Notes: generated by a model from the letters alone, not told the origin. DNA of 64,000 nucleotides from Squalus acanthias (GCA_030390025.1 CM059430.1:4588001-4652000), one strand, 5' to 3'; shown: positions 14,255 to 27,787, counted from the first letter of the stretch. Translations and numbers: made by a program.

Positions 14255-14400
14255 GAGTACATACCAGAAATATACAACAGGAAAATCTGCATCGGAAAAT
14301 AGTAAAGGCAGGTTAATGTTTCAGGTCTGGACTCTTCTTCAGAACTAGAATATGTAAGGTAAGAGATCCCTTTATAGGAGTCGAAGAGAGTAGAAGTCAA
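14255..14400 (-). mobile_element. Penelope-like terminal (pLTR) fragment with degenerate hammerhead motif
   Basis: The minus strand reads AGTT-CTGAAGA-AGAGTC-CA-GACCT-GAAA-CA-TT-AACC (14311-14347), matching the 32484-32520 motif. Confidence 0.6.
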
Positions 14401-14439
14401 GAACATTGAATATACAGCCTTCTGACACTGAGAGGCAAT

Positions 14440-14925
14440 CACTAGGTTTAATGGCCAGAAAACAGATTTTTCCTCATTGACCTGTTCTCAGCAAGGGAAT
14501 GTTCTCTGTTTGGCAGGATGTGACAAGTGGTGTTCCCCAGTGATCTCTACTGGGCCCTGAGCTTTTCACCATCTATATTAATGACTTGGATGAAGGAATA
14601 GAGTTGCATATTCAAGTTTGCAGATGACACTAAGGTAGGAGGCACAGTAAGTTGTGTTGATGGGAGCAGGAAGTTATAAAAGTCCACAGGGAACTAAGTG
14701 AGTGGGCAAAACAATGGCAGATGAAGTTCAAAGTAGGGAAGTGTGAGATCATCCACTTTGGATATGAGAAAGACAAAGCAGAATATTTTCTCAATGGTGA
14801 GAGATTAGGAGCTGTGGAAAAGCAAAGGGATTTAGGTGTCCATGTACACAAAGTAATCAAAAAGGCTAATAGAATGTTGACCTTTATCTCAAGGGGATTG
14901 ATACTTCAGTTGTACAGAGTCTCTA
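14440..14925 (+). mobile_element. CR1 LINE ORF2 (RT) fragment, degenerate
   Basis: Translates to SGVPQ*SLLGPELFTIYINDLDEG...KFADDTK and MKFKVGKCEIIHFG...YFLNGERLGAVEKQRDLGVHVH, typical CR1 RT and C-terminal motifs. Confidence 0.9.
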
Positions 14926-14934
14926 CCAGGATCT

Positions 14935-16230
14935 CAACCTGGTTGAGGCCAAAAGGCAACTGTCTGATACCTGTTTCTATCTTCCTCTGAAAACCAAACA
15001 TTTCCTAGACTATCGCCGATTTCATCTCTTGCAGAGATTTTCTCTCCCCGTTGCCTCCAATACTACAGTTTCCCAATTCCTCACAGCCCATTTCTACCTC
15101 CCAAAGATCTGCAAACAGAACTGCCCTGGCAAGGCAGATTGATTTGTTTTATGTTCTCCTCTTCTCGTGACTCCGTTCTATCCTTCCTTGTCTAGTGTCT
15201 ACCAGCTCTTAGGTGACTCTTTGGAAGCTCTTTACTGCGTTGACAATTTCAGGTTCGATTGTCCTAATTGTGTCATTTTTCCACAATGGATGCACAATCC
15301 ATTTAGACCTCTATGGCTATCCAGGATGACCTCCTGCTGTTCCATCTCTCTCTTGAACAGAGCCCCAAACTGTTCACATCTTATACTTGGCTGAAGTTGT
15401 TCTCACCCTGAACAAACTTTCTTTTCATTCCACTTAATTTCTCCAGGTAAATATGTCATTATGAGAACCCATCTGGATCCCAGCTATGCCTGTCTTTTTG
15501 TAGGATATATGGAACACTCTTTGCTCCTTCCCTCCTTTGTATTGATGTTGATGCCGGCTCCTGCTCTCAATCCAACCTACAGAATTTCTCTTTATGGTCC
15601 ACATATGTAATTCTGACTCTGTGTGGCACACCACTTCAACTCCCTCCCCTATTGTTACTTTGGCCTCCTATACGGTTCCAACCAAGTGAGTACAAACTTC
15701 AGGAACATATCTTATCTTTCTCTGAGGTATTCTGCAGCTCTCTGGTCCAAACATTGAATTTGGTAACTTCAGACCATAGGTACCCTCATCTTCTCGTCAG
15801 TTTCTCCCACTCACTCACTTGCCATTCCATCGATCCCCCTTCATTTGTTGTTCCCTGTATGTGTGTAATCTTCCCATGTCTTTTCCCCACCTTCTTCAGC
15901 TATGCTCATGCTCTTTTGCTCCTTTAATGTATTTTCACTCCCTCATTGAGATGTTCTTTATGCATCATCCAAAAGTGTTCACCTAGCCTTTCAAAAAACC
16001 TGTTTACAGCCCACCGAACCCATTAGCTGCCTCTTTGTAACAGGAATCAACATTCCTGATTCTTGATTTCTTACTGTTCTTTTTGCCCTCCTTCCTTTTG
16101 TTCAATTCTTGCTTATCTTTTAGTTTTCACTTCTGATGAAGGGTTACATTGTCCTTTCTCTTTACAGGTGCTGACAGACCTGCTGTGCATTTACTGTTAG
16201 TTTTTTTTTTCCAAATTTGTACTTTGTTCC
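14935..16230 (+). mobile_element. Penelope-like element relic (RT plus GIY-YIG C-terminus plus 3' terminus), heavily deleted
   Basis: FYLPKICKQNCPG (~15091; PLE FYLLPKIHK motif), KYVIMRTHLDPSYACLFVGYMEHSL (~15449; PLE GxxMG...PSYACLF), KLQEHIL...GILQLSGPNIEFGNFR (~15694-15773; PLE C-terminus), and CTGATGAAGGG in the 3' terminus at ~16133. Confidence 0.8.
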
Positions 16231-17434
16231 TTTTCATTTGCACATGGCTGATGACTACAGAATATTGAAAATGGTCTATGATGGGCTGACCATAACAATA
16301 GCATAACCCACATGCAACCTGCTCACTTGTGTGAATGGAACATTGTGGTATATTTCCCATAATTTAGTCACCAGCCAAGAATTGCATAATGTGTTACATT
16401 ATTACCATTATCTTATCGCTAAACCACCTCCACACGTGATATTTAGGGACTTTACCTGTTCTATATGATCTTTTGCAACATATAACCAGACGAGTCTGTT
16501 TGCAGATCATATGGATCTTAAATATCACAACCTCTGACAGGGAAAAATCTCCGACTGGAGACAAACATTCTCGAAACAAGATACTAGTAAATGGGTATTA
16601 CATTTCCTCAAATATGTCTTCTAATCATAAGTAATGAATTATTCAGCTCTAAAAGTCTTATTTTCAGAAATATTTATTGATGTAGGTTAGGAAAAGTCAT
16701 CTTTGTGACATAGGTATTGATGTACAGAGTGTGTAGCCAGTGGAACAACAAGTGTACACTGTCATGTTAAGCAGGATGACGTTTTCCGATTTAAAGATGA
16801 CACCGAATTGGTCTTTTAAAAATTTATAATTCACTAATCAATGATTTGTTTTACTGGAACTTTTTAAAGGGAACCAATATATTTTGTAAGAAATGAAAGG
16901 GGAAAAAAAAACTTTGATTTATTCAAGATTAAGTTTGTAAAAAGCAAATAATATTCTGTCAATTTCTATAAAATACAAAAAAGATCTAAATTATTCAGCA
17001 TATTAACAATATGCCTAGGATTCGCTGTGACAATTAGCCATTTAACTATGCTGTAAATGGTACATCATTTTGGCGAATGTCATGTGCTGACAAAATTTAG
17101 CAAAACGTGAAACCAATTTATTGCTAAATTTTGTTCACATAATAAAAGGCTCTGCGACCCATTGCACAAAATTATATTTCAACAATTCCTTTAATACTTG
17201 TATCTGATCACTACATTTGACAGTCACAATAACTGGAAGTTATATGGTGAATTCAATTTTTGATAGGGCGGTTGAGGGTGAATGAGATGTCCTTTCATTT
17301 TGATGCCCCTTCTCAACTTTCCTTTGTGGGAGCTTCCAACGAATTGACCATCCTGGCTGGAAGGGCAGGTGAGCGATTGGTTCTTAAGCTTCCACCAATA
17401 TGGCTCTATAACTGAAATTTATGATTCTGTAAGA

Positions 17435-17540
17435 CATTGGGAAAGGGTAAGGCAATGGGATTATAGTAGATAGCTTCAGCTGAAGAGGGCCATCATAATG
17501 GGCCGAATTGTCTCCTGTCATGTAATTTCTATGATTCTAA
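17435..17540 (+). mobile_element. CR1 3' tail fragment
   Basis: ATGGGCCGAATTGTCTCCT...TTCTATGATTCTA, the CR1 3' stem-loop and octamer tail. Confidence 0.65.
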
Positions 17541-18868
17541 GAACTTGGAAACACCCGAGAGCAACCCAGGGTGATTCTCTGTGAAGATCCGTTGGCCTTC
17601 ACTCAATGCTTGCCCACGGTGGGCAAGTAAGATCTGGAAATCACAAGGAGGATTTGGGGTTTCACTTGCATCCTACCACTCTGTATAGTGTGCTGATGTG
17701 CCAATGTCTCTTGCCATTGTGCTGCATTACCAGAGTGTCCTAGTGAACTGCATTTTTATCCATTAACCAGTTAAATAGTTAAAAATCATTTATGAATTAG
17801 TATGAGAAATAGTCTTCATCATCTTAGTACTTAAAATCATTTATCTGGATCTGATGTGGTTATGTGAAAAAATAACCAAGTGGCACACACCAAATTGACT
17901 GAAATGACAGACCAGGAACATAAGAAATAAGAGGAGTAGGCCACACGGCCCCTGGAACCTGATCTGCAATGCACACCAAGTAGATTAAACTTATATTCCA
18001 TATAATGTATATGACCTGGAACTAAATGTAATACATACATCATCTCATACACATCGAAGATGTTTTTTTTTTTTAATTCCACTAAAATGATATAATAAAC
18101 TAACAAAACTAAATTTCACAGCTGTACAGTCGCTCGGACCATCACCAAGTACACAGCTGTAACCATGACAACTCCCTTACCATAACTGCCGCTAAGCATT
18201 CTGGACAATCAATTGCGCACAAAAAAAATATTTTACTGATGCTACCCAGCTGGCCCACAAAACACTTATACAACCTGAAATAAACTTATACAAGCATCAC
18301 ATAAATAAAATGAGAAACAACTAAACCTTTGCCCTTAGGTGAACTCCTAGCAGCTCCACTCACTCACACACACACGCTCCATCCTTGCATTCTCTTTCAC
18401 AACCCAATGACAAGTAATGATGTCAGGAGCACAGCGGTAAAGGCCACCCCTCGACATTCTGGGATGCTACTTCGCACTACTGTGCACAACACAGCAGGAA
18501 CAGAAAACCACATTAGACTAAAATTCCACTCAAAATGTAACTTTTTATTTTTGAATTAAAAAATAACCCCACTGCACACACATAGGTGTAGCTTTTCAAC
18601 TGGACACACGGGCATCAATCTCATGTTGTGGATTGGCCGCCGGTTGTAGAAATCGCCTGTTTCCTATCAGGTGGTTTCTATAATGGGTGGGCAATCTGCT
18701 CCGCTTGTTTACCACCCAAGTGGTGACGGTGAAAGTGACCCCATTGTGTAAGTAGAATGCTGCATCTGAAGTTGTAAGTACCACAATTATTTCATTTGGT
18801 AGCGAGATCTGTGTGATTTGTTTACGACTTTGTTGGTCATGTGTTCATTCATTTGTGGAATAAACATT

Positions 18869-19695
18869 GGCCCGTAATTTGCGGTGGGGATGAACTGGCA
18901 GCGTTCAACGTCATTCCGCCTTTGAAACTGACCGCAACTTAGGGATTTGGCAAATTCAGGTCCGTCATTGACAGCTCCGAAACGGGCTGCGCTGTGCCCC
19001 CACGCCCCCCGCACGCACACACACAGAGCTGGCAATCTGTGTAATCACCCAAATCAGGGAAACTGATGAAAATTTCTGCGTTTCCACAGTGATTACGCTG
19101 TTAAATTCCCCACTAAAAGTTAGACCCAAAGGGATTAGCTGTAACGGGCGGCGGCGGGGGGGGGGGGGGGGGGGGGGGTGGGGGTGGGGGGGGGGGTGGG
19201 GGTGGGTAGGGGGGTTAACAGCGTACTGACTGCTAAACAAAGGTTAAGGGCCTGGAAAACTAATTTTAATTTTGTGCAGTGTGAAATGTGTACATTTCAA
19301 TAAAAATGTATTTTTTAAGAAACTTGTCAAAAAAAATGTTGGGGAATTTTTTAAAAGTTTGTCCATCTTTATTTCAGGTTTGCCTTTCCCCCCGTGTGAG
19401 AGCCCCGATCTTTGCTTTGCTCTCGCTAACATTTTTTAAAAGTTAGAATTTTAAGAGCTTACTCACTTCCTTGTTCGCTGTCTGTGAGAATTCTGCGTTT
19501 TGATTGGCTGCTCAGACAGCTTGTTGACGTCACAACAGTTCGCACAAGGGCATTCTCACTATACTCCGTTGATTTGAATTGAAGGTCGGAAAACCCGAAG
19601 TTCTCGACACAGGGATCACAAGATCCTTGTACAAAGCGTACTTTGGGGACAGCGGTGAACACCGTCGCTTTGCTGCTGACTGCAAATTCCGGGCC
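18869..19695 (+). mobile_element. Harbinger-type MITE, family A
   Basis: TIRs GGCCCGTAATTTGCGGT / ACTGCAAATTCCGGGCC (15/17), 3-bp TSD ATT on both sides, internal homology to 30664, 52998 and 56747. Confidence 0.85.
19146..19214 (+). repeat. Poly-G/GGGGGT tract (G-quadruplex-prone) inside the MITE
   Basis: Long G runs read directly. Confidence 0.85.
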
Positions 19696-19721
19696 ATTGT
19701 ATTCAACAACTTCAAAGGCTT

Positions 19722-19860
19722 TATAGAAATATAGAAAAATAGGAGCAGGAGTAGGAGTAGGCCATTCAAGCCTGCTCTGCCATTCAATATGATCATGGCT
19801 GATCCTTTATCTCAATACCATATTCCCCCTCTCTCCCCATACCCCTTGATGCCTTTTGTG
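19722..19860 (-). mobile_element. CR1 3' end fragment
   Basis: ATAGAAATATAGAAAAATAGGAGCAGGAGTAGG...GCCATTCAAGCCTGCTCTGCCATTCAATATGATCATGGCTGATC, matching the CR1 tail at 29134. Confidence 0.85.
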
Positions 19861-20609
19861 TCGACACATATATACTATATAATACAAATCTATATATCTG
19901 TATTGTGTTGATACTCTTTTCTTTGGAAACAATACAGTAGAACACCTTGATCAAAGTAGCCCTGGTATCCCAAAGAGCTAACGTTTTCTTGAGTTCTTGT
20001 TGGTTGGGGGGCGGCACAAGTATCTTCAAATTAGGCAAGTCATGTTAGCCCTTGGTACAGACTCCAGCTTAGCGCACTGCATTTTGTAATTCACATAGAC
20101 TGAAATATGTTTAAGGCAGTACCACGGGAGTCTGATGGATCATGGTTCATCATCTTATGGTACCCGAATACAATGTCTGATGCATTGGAATATGATAGCT
20201 TCTCTACACCATGGGAAAATATCCTGAAATAAAGTCAAAAATTATGTCAAAATCTAGAAATGGAGCCTATGCTCAAAAGAGGGCAGCATAAGATTTCATG
20301 AGAGTCAATAATTAGAAATGACCTACTAATTTATTAACCAACACCAGGTTTTATATATTCCAAGAAAGGTTTCCCATACTTCATTTATAAAATATTACAT
20401 CTCACATTTTTATTATTTAATATCTATTCCTGCGTTGAGAAATATTTAAAAATTTACCATTTTCATGACTTCTATAAATATTTCCGATTATTAAATATAT
20501 TTATATTTTTACAATAATCCATTACTGATTATTCTGTTTCTAAATCAACTAAAGTACACAGACATTAATACTGCATTGATTTTGAAGAGATGAAATTGAC
20601 ACGAGAAAA

Positions 20610-21120
20610 AGAACACAGAAATTGGATCGCGTTCCAATGAGACTGGCGGCAGGAACACAACAAATTGGATCCGCCAGCCTCGTGGTTCTAGTGCTGGTGA
20701 GCAGAGGGCAACAGTCACCACCCCAGAGGCAGCTTGCTGGTCATGGAGGTGCAGCAAGATCGATTAGCTGGGATGCTCCACATTAAGGTAAGTATTTTTT
20801 TTTAAACTGAGCTTTTTTGGTGGTGCCCTCCAGCTCTCCCTTTAAGGACTGCTGGTTGGACAGCATGTGGATCAGGTCATCCTGAGTGCAGCATGCCTGA
20901 CGAGCAGGGCAAACCAATTTTCGGTTTGGGTATTAAAACAGGCGTTAGGCCCCTCATTAGCACATTCAAGAGATCCACCGTCTGTTTTAGACGGCTGACA
21001 GGCTCGCCTCCAGTGCACCCGGACCAATATGGCCTCGGACGCGCTTCTGACGCTGTTGGGGCATGGAAGGTTTGCCCCCTAAATTGGAAAACGGGCACAA
21101 CAAGATGCAATTCACACCCC
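20610..21120. mobile_element. Degenerate GC-rich TIR element, related to 38463-39095
   Basis: Ends GCAATTCACACCCC and shares CCCTTTAAGGAC..CTGGT with the 38.5-39.1 kb copy. Confidence 0.55.
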
Positions 21121-24100
21121 TGAGTCTTTGAGTTGGAAACCTAAGCTTGGATTCCAGTGACATTTGCACTTTGGCTTCCCCTAGTGAGTGACATTCACCA
21201 GTCTTGGCCTGGCCATCTGTGGAATGGAAGGAAAACTGTTTGCTGAAGTTGAGGGAAGACATTCTTTTTTTAAACAGCTACAGATCGATATGGTGGCAAA
21301 TATTTGCTCCACTCATCGTGTTGAAAACGTGCTTTTGAAATATAGGCACGGACCCCAGGATGATTTGGTCATTTACAATTTTATAACTTGGGCTACAACA
21401 TGTTTTAGAAGGCTACATATACGATGACTTATAAGTGAGTCTGACTACCACAATACACTTACCATGGGTAAGTAGAACACAGGTTTACGCCCATGATCCC
21501 CCCCATACGTTCCTGATCTGAGCTGGGAGTCAGAGAGTAAACACTGAATGAAAATTGGTAGGCAAGGCTACCCAGGTCTTTATCATCCACTTCCCAGCAG
21601 CTAATTACACAGCAATACCTGCAGAGGACTGGGAGCTGATCTTAAGGTTATCTTTTTGGCTGGGGAATGGTACATGGGTTGTCAAACATCTCCTCCCTTA
21701 TGTTCCTCAAACCATACACCATTTCCCAGCCAAAAAAGGTGGTTCAATAAACATTCATTTTTTTCTGTAAAACTTCTTAGACTAAAAGTGTAAGATTGTT
21801 TCCATTTCAACTATGATTGGTGAACAGACTTTTAACACGAGTATATCGTTTTATTCAATCTCTCCATCTTGCCATGTGAGATCGAGCAATTTGGCACATT
21901 GCATGCAAAAAAAAAGAGAGAGGAATCATACTAAATAAAAATGATTCATAACATGCCATATTTTGTCTCACTAATTTTAGTTAAAGCTTTCTAAATGGAT
22001 GCCAATTACTCTGTCAGTTAGTGATAATAAGGCTATCAAGTTAATGATTTGTAATCAGCTCCATGTATTATGCTGTGGGTTTCTCATGTACAAATGCTTT
22101 GCAATTGTCCAAAATTCCCATCTCCACTATCTTAGAAGAGACATTCAGACATTTAAATGGAACACCTTAAGGTGGTACTCATGCTATAATCTCAGGGCCC
22201 TTATAATCTTGAATTAAATTTATTTCTGAGCAAGCATTTCTAGCACCCCACCCCCCCACCCCCCACTCACAAATCCATGTTGGCGAATGTCTTATTTTAA
22301 GTACAAGTTACGTTTTAATATTAAAAAAACCGTTTTTGTGATGCAATTCAGGTTAGAGTCCAAAATTAACAGTAGTGCATGAGGCATATCTGCAAAAGCA
22401 GCCCACCAGGGCCGTGTGCATTTCTTCCTATTAACAAAGCAATAGGACAGAAGTCTCGAGTATTCGTTCATGAATCCTTAGACATGTTTTGTGTGTGCTC
22501 GACACCAGTCACAAATATTTGGAACGTGCCTGTGTACGCACATATTACACCGATCAGCTTACTGACAGCAGACAGCAGGTGCGCTTGTGAATCAATAGAA
22601 ATATTTGTGCTTGCTGTAGGGGGTTTAAGGCCCTAAGGATAGAAGGAATATAAAGATATAATGTAATGAAATCCAAACATATAAATATATTTTTTCTAAC
22701 ACCAGTATTATTGATTTTATTGAAGTAAACACATTTTTAAAGGAACCCTTGATTTATATGGCACGTTTGCAATATATATTTGTCTGACTCTTTACTACTC
22801 GAGTAATGTTATTACCACAAAATGTAAAGAACTCCGATTTGTAAGAATGAGGCTAATATTTCAATGCAAATGTTAGCATTAGGTTTGATTTCTAAAAAGC
22901 ATTGTTGCAGGACTTGGACTCAGCAACGTGCATTTAAACAAAATTGTTTTAATTTTTCAAAACGTTGTTCTCAACATGAGCAGGAATGTCCTTAATTGCT
23001 TCGGAATGGAAACACAAATCAACAATGCATATTCACAGATCCTGTGCACTCAGTGTGATATTCTGAATAATCTGACCACACAGCCATTTTCTGCATCAAC
23101 TGCATTAAATAGAAGTACTCCATCTTGAGCTAGTGCTAAGAGATTACATGCATTAAAGTTTGTCGACATCGTAAATATGATGCATGGGTATAGAGCTTTG
23201 ACTGTGAATTCACTGGTTAAAATGTGCAAATTTGTTGTTTTTTTAGGATTCACTATTTGATTAAAGAACGACAACTGTACCGTCGAATGCAACTTGCTCA
23301 TTTTCCAGGTGAAAGTAAAATTTAAAGCTAGAGTATCCCTTTCAAATGTGTACATGGCTTGATTTTATACATTGAAAATCAATCAAGCTGTGATTTTGGT
23401 GTATTCAGTTGGAACTGTTAGTTGAATTACTGAAAGAACGTACACTACTAGGAACTCTTTGGCAGCATTTTTGCTCAATTTCAAAAATATAACAAGCTTC
23501 ATATTTTCTGATCATTCACACAAATGTGCACTTCATGTTGTCATCTTTATTCATACCCGCTTTATAATTTTTAGCATTATTACTTCACTGTAGATGATAA
23601 CCAGTTTGTATTCTGCAGGGAAACGGTGCTTAAAGACTTTAACGACAGGTAACTTAAAATTGATTGGAGGCAGTTACAAAAATTAAAACAGGATACTGTA
23701 AAGACTGAGAAAATATCATGAAAGAGCCCACGTGGGCAAGTAGGCATTCAGTGAATCTGTGGGCACAATGCAGTCCAGTGGCACACGATAGCAATGATCT
23801 GCTACACACTGCACTGACCAGTGACACGTCATCCATTGTCTCACTTCCATGGAAGCAAATACCAACACCATTTAAATATTCAAAAATAGTTTACAAACTG
23901 AAATGAGTTATCTAAAGATAATTTTCCAGCACTAATGCATCAGCATAGAACAACCTATGCTGATGCTCATTTTAACACCAAACCTACCTTCTCATGACTA
24001 TATGAACCATATATACCAAAGTAATGGGAGGTCAGGTCCCCCGTGAAAAATCTTCCATATCCCACAGACAAGCATGTAGTATCTCTATTTACGAAGATAT

Positions 24101-24336
24101 GAATATGGTTATCTAGATGATAGACAGGCACGCAAGTTCATAGAAATAAAGAAGAGCTGGTACCAAGCCCACAAATTGATCGCTTCTGGTTTTATAATCA
24201 AAACATTGGTATAGTAGATGGAGAGAAGATACAGAGCAAAAGATGGGCAATATCGTTAAGAACAATCTCCATAATGCAAAATGCATTTTCAGATTTTTGC
24301 CATCAATATGGAAACTTGCAGCACATAAATGGTCAT

Positions 24337-24774
24337 AGAAACATAGAAACTAGGAGCAGGAGTAGGCCATTCGGCCCGTCGAGCCTGCTCCGCCATTCAA
24401 TACGATCATGGCTGATCATCCAAATCCAGTACCCTGTCCCTGCTTTAATCCCCACAGTACACATATCCCACCCTACCCCCGTAACCCCACGTATTTAATT
24501 CCCCCTAACATATCCCATCCTATCCCCATAACCCCACATATTTAATCCCCCCTAACACTAAGGGTCAATTTATCATAGCCAAATCAACCTAACCCACACA
24601 TTTTTGGACTGTGGGAGGAAACCGGAGCACCCGGAGGAAACCCACGCAGACACGGGGAGAATGTGCAAACTCCACACAGACAGTCACCCGAGGTCAGATT
24701 CGAACCCGGGTCTCTGGCGCTGTGAGGCACCAGTGCTAACCACTATGCCACCGTGTTGCCCACTGCCACCGTGT
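24337..24774 (-). mobile_element. V-SINE (HE1-type shark SINE) with CR1-derived tail, full length
   Basis: tRNA head with B box GGTTCGAATC, V-domain (GTCTGTGTGGAGTTTGCACATTCTCCCCGTGTCTGCGTGGGTTTCCTCCGGGTGCTCCGGTTTCCTCCCACAGTCCAAA), CR1 tail, 7-bp TSD TGGTCAT (24330-24336 and 24775-24781). Confidence 0.92.
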
Positions 24775-24789
24775 TGGTCATGGGGTTAA

Positions 24790-25275
24790 GGGAAGTAGTG
24801 GAGAAGTAGACCTTGGTGTAATCAGCATACTCATAGAAGCTGATCCAAAAGAAGGGGCCAAATATGGATCCTTGAAGAATTCGAGAGATGAACATATGGG
24901 GATAGGAGTAGTCACCATTTTTGGAGATGTTCTGGCTGCATAAAACCAGATAGCAGTGGGAAAATGTAAGGGTAGTCCCACAGAGGTTGGGCCAAGAAGG
25001 AGGTGGTGAAGGAGTATAGCGTGGTCAACCATGTCAAATACCACACAGAGGTCGAGAAGGGCAAGGAGGGACAAAACACCACAAGTGTAGTTGCAGAGGA
25101 TGTCATTAGTGGCTTTGTTCAAGGAAGCCTTGGCTTATGGGCAGGTTGGATACCGAACTGAAGGGATTTGCGTTAATACTGGACTGAAGGAATTTACGCA
25201 GGATAGGTGAGCATGGAGCTGGGAGATGACAACACATTCAAGAACCTTAGAGAGGGAAGGGAGGTTGCATATTAC
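24790..25275 (-). mobile_element. L2 LINE ORF2 RT fragment
   Basis: LPSLSKVLECVVISQLHAHL and KATNDIL...LSLLALLDLCVVFDMVDHAILLHHL, matching the L2-clade KVTNDIL...LLDLSAAFDTVDH motif. Confidence 0.85.
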
Positions 25276-25501
25276 ACAAAAACTGAATAGTGCATAAAAC
25301 AAAATGGGAAGAGTAAGATATGGCACAAGGACTAAGGGCGAGAGTGGCAAAAAAAATTAACTTCATTTTAAAATGTAAGTTAAAGTTAGTCCTCAAGTAG
25401 AAATATGGTTCAAGCCTCTTGGAGACATACATAATCTTTCAGGAGACATGAAAGCTTGACATGCAGATACTACAATAACTGATGGCAGTAAAGACAGCAA
25501 C

Positions 25502-26550
25502 TGTTAGAAAACTAGGGGTGCCTAAAAATGTATATGGCTACACGAATAATACTGTGTTTAAATGATAAATTTCGTTTTCCTGGAAAGCTTGCATTAGAAT
25601 TTGAGACAGTCTTTTTAATCAGTTAGATTAGGTGAAACATAAACATTCCACACGGGGGCCCATAGGATGGCCCTGCCAGGCTAGTTATCTGTTGTTTGTA
25701 AGTTAGGGTTTTGACTTTGTTAATGTATCTTTAATTTGGCCAGTGAAGGCCCAACCTATGTTTCTTCCATTATTACTAACAACCATATTATAATCTCCAC
25801 AGATAGAATTTGGAGTTTTGTTTCGCAGAACTGCTTGTGAAGATAATTAAAAGTTAATTAGGAAAAGACATAGAATGAAAGGAATTTGAGGAGGCTAAGG
25901 TATCCATCTTAGAATGGGCCATTTGTTAGATGAAGGTGAGATAGCCCAAGCAGCTGCAAGTTGCTATGTATTTTGAAAGGGAAAAAAAGGTATAAAACAA
26001 CAGCTATTGAACACTGAAAGCAGCGTAATTCATGGAAAGTCTGGCTATGTAAAAGTTCTCATAGTAAAGCTCACAGCAGAAAAGGGGAGGGAATCATGAT
26101 GGTCAGAATGGTGAGATAGCGACTGGTTAATGTGCGACAGCTCTGGCTGGGGCCATGATAAGAAGGACAGGGCCGGGCCTTGTACTTGCTGGGTTAAGGA
26201 GGATAGTGTCAAAAGAGATAAGATGGATTCCAATGGAGGAACCTTCAAAATGTAAAAACAAGGATGAAGTAATGAGACCCTCTTTTGGGGAGGGCTTTCA
26301 TCCAAGCACCAAGACAAAGAACTTGAGCTGTCATTGGTTGATGAAGTTTTGGAGGAACCTCTATAGGTTAAATGGTCTTGTCAATAACTTGGCCTCAGGC
26401 CCACCCCTAAAAAGAGAATAAAAAGTGACACCCCAAGGGCTTGCATACAGACGGTGGAAGGGAGAGCCGAACAGAAGTTAAAAAGAGAAGTTGGGCTGGT
26501 CGAACACTCTTTTGAGAGTGATCCCACGCTCACCATCGAAGGCCCTAGAA

Positions 26551-26582
<32 letters not shown>

Positions 26583-26778
26583 GCCAGAAGCCAGAGAACT
26601 GTTCATGCATGCCAGTCGTCTGTCTGATCGGGTCCGGTACCAGCTGCGTGTTACGGTCGTATGTTTTTGCTGTATTACTAGTGTGTTATATTCCGTCCTA
26701 AACTCCGATTAAACATAATATACCCACCATATTGGTTTGCACTCGATCCTGTTTGCCAGAGATATGTGAATCTCTACA
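25502..26778 (+). mobile_element. Solo LTR, longer variant of the 13192 family
   Basis: Starts TGTTAGAAAACTAGGGGTGCCTAAAAATGTAT and shares 3' blocks with the first copy (CAGGCCCACCCCTAAAA; CGTCTGTCTGATCGG; CCATATTGGTTTGCACTCGA). The right end is degenerate (TCTCTACA) and the flanks CAAC/CACC match 3/4. Confidence 0.8.
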
Positions 26779-27787
26779 CACCCATATAAGGCAAGACTGA
26801 ATGAACAAACTTGTGTTTATACAGCATCTTATCAAGTCCTCAATTCATCTCAATGTTTTGCAGCCAATGGATTACCAAAGGTAAAAAGAAATATGTATTT
26901 AAGTATTTCGTAGAAATGAATTAATAGGTAAACCAAAGGTAAAACAAACCAAGTGTGCAGTACCTTATTGCTTACTGTGGAAGGAAACTGTTTTCAGCTC
27001 TGTTGCTATGACAAGGGACTATTAAACCAAGAGGACTGCAGCATACTATAACAAACTTAAATAGTTTACTTCATAAGAAAGGACTGACAATTAAGAAATA
27101 GTGGGCAGAGAGTTCACTTTTGCAAAAGAGCTTAAAATATATCTGTTGCCCTGGGAACCGTTGCAAATGTTTGTGCCCCAAAATTAGAAATCTAACTTTG
27201 TGGGAACGTAGAGGCATGCTGTTATAAGGTACGACTGAATGAAATATAACGCATGTAAGGTCTGCTCCTTTGAACTCAAAGTTGCTTAATTCAAATTGTC
27301 TGTTAATTTGAATTGGAATCTTGCAAAAAGATCTTCCTGTTCTAGTTTATTCAAATTGCTTAGTTCATACAACTAGATAATTTGAATGTTTTTCGAACAA
27401 AATAAATGTTGAATTCACAAGACTACACTTATGAAAACATCCAAGATCCAGTTTTTCTGAAGCACAACGGTGAAAGTTTATACAAAACATATTTATTTCT
27501 TAAAGGTACACTGGATTCCTATAACAGAGAAGTTTAGCAATACAGAATGAAATGCTTTGGACATACTTTGGGGGAAAATGTTAAAATAGAAGGTTGCCAT
27601 ATTTGCCTTGCAACAGGGTCAGTATTCTGTCCTACTGTGCAAACCTCAAAATAGCAAACAAAGAATAAAAGCTTGGTTTTGGCGTTACTACCCAATTTAA
27701 AGGTTAAAATTCCAGCTGTTGCGAGGGGGAATTTTTCTGTTCCAATGTGAACACAGTGCATTTGCATGGGATGTATGCTATAAATAA

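Noticed and set aside
16133-16150. Functional hammerhead at the end of the PLE relic (also 14311-14347 and 57808-57880)
   Set aside because: The core is incomplete or the stems are disrupted (GAAA lost, stem II mismatched or CUGANGA mutated)
18965-19240. Proline-rich ORF
   Set aside because: Produced by the poly-G tract inside a MITE
23619-23648. 30-nt plus-strand microexon (TTCTGCAG|...ACAG|GTAACT; ETVLKDFND)
   Set aside because: Splice-like pairs of this quality arise by chance in 64 kb, and there is no partner exon or recognisable peptide
24690-24760. tRNA gene (also 27896-27960)
   Set aside because: The A/B boxes are SINE heads continuous with the V-domain, and no full cloverleaf is present
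13192-26778. A single provirus bounded by the two LTRs
   Set aside because: The first LTR has its own TSD, the two differ strongly in length and sequence, and the interior has no PBS or gag/pol, only unrelated repeats
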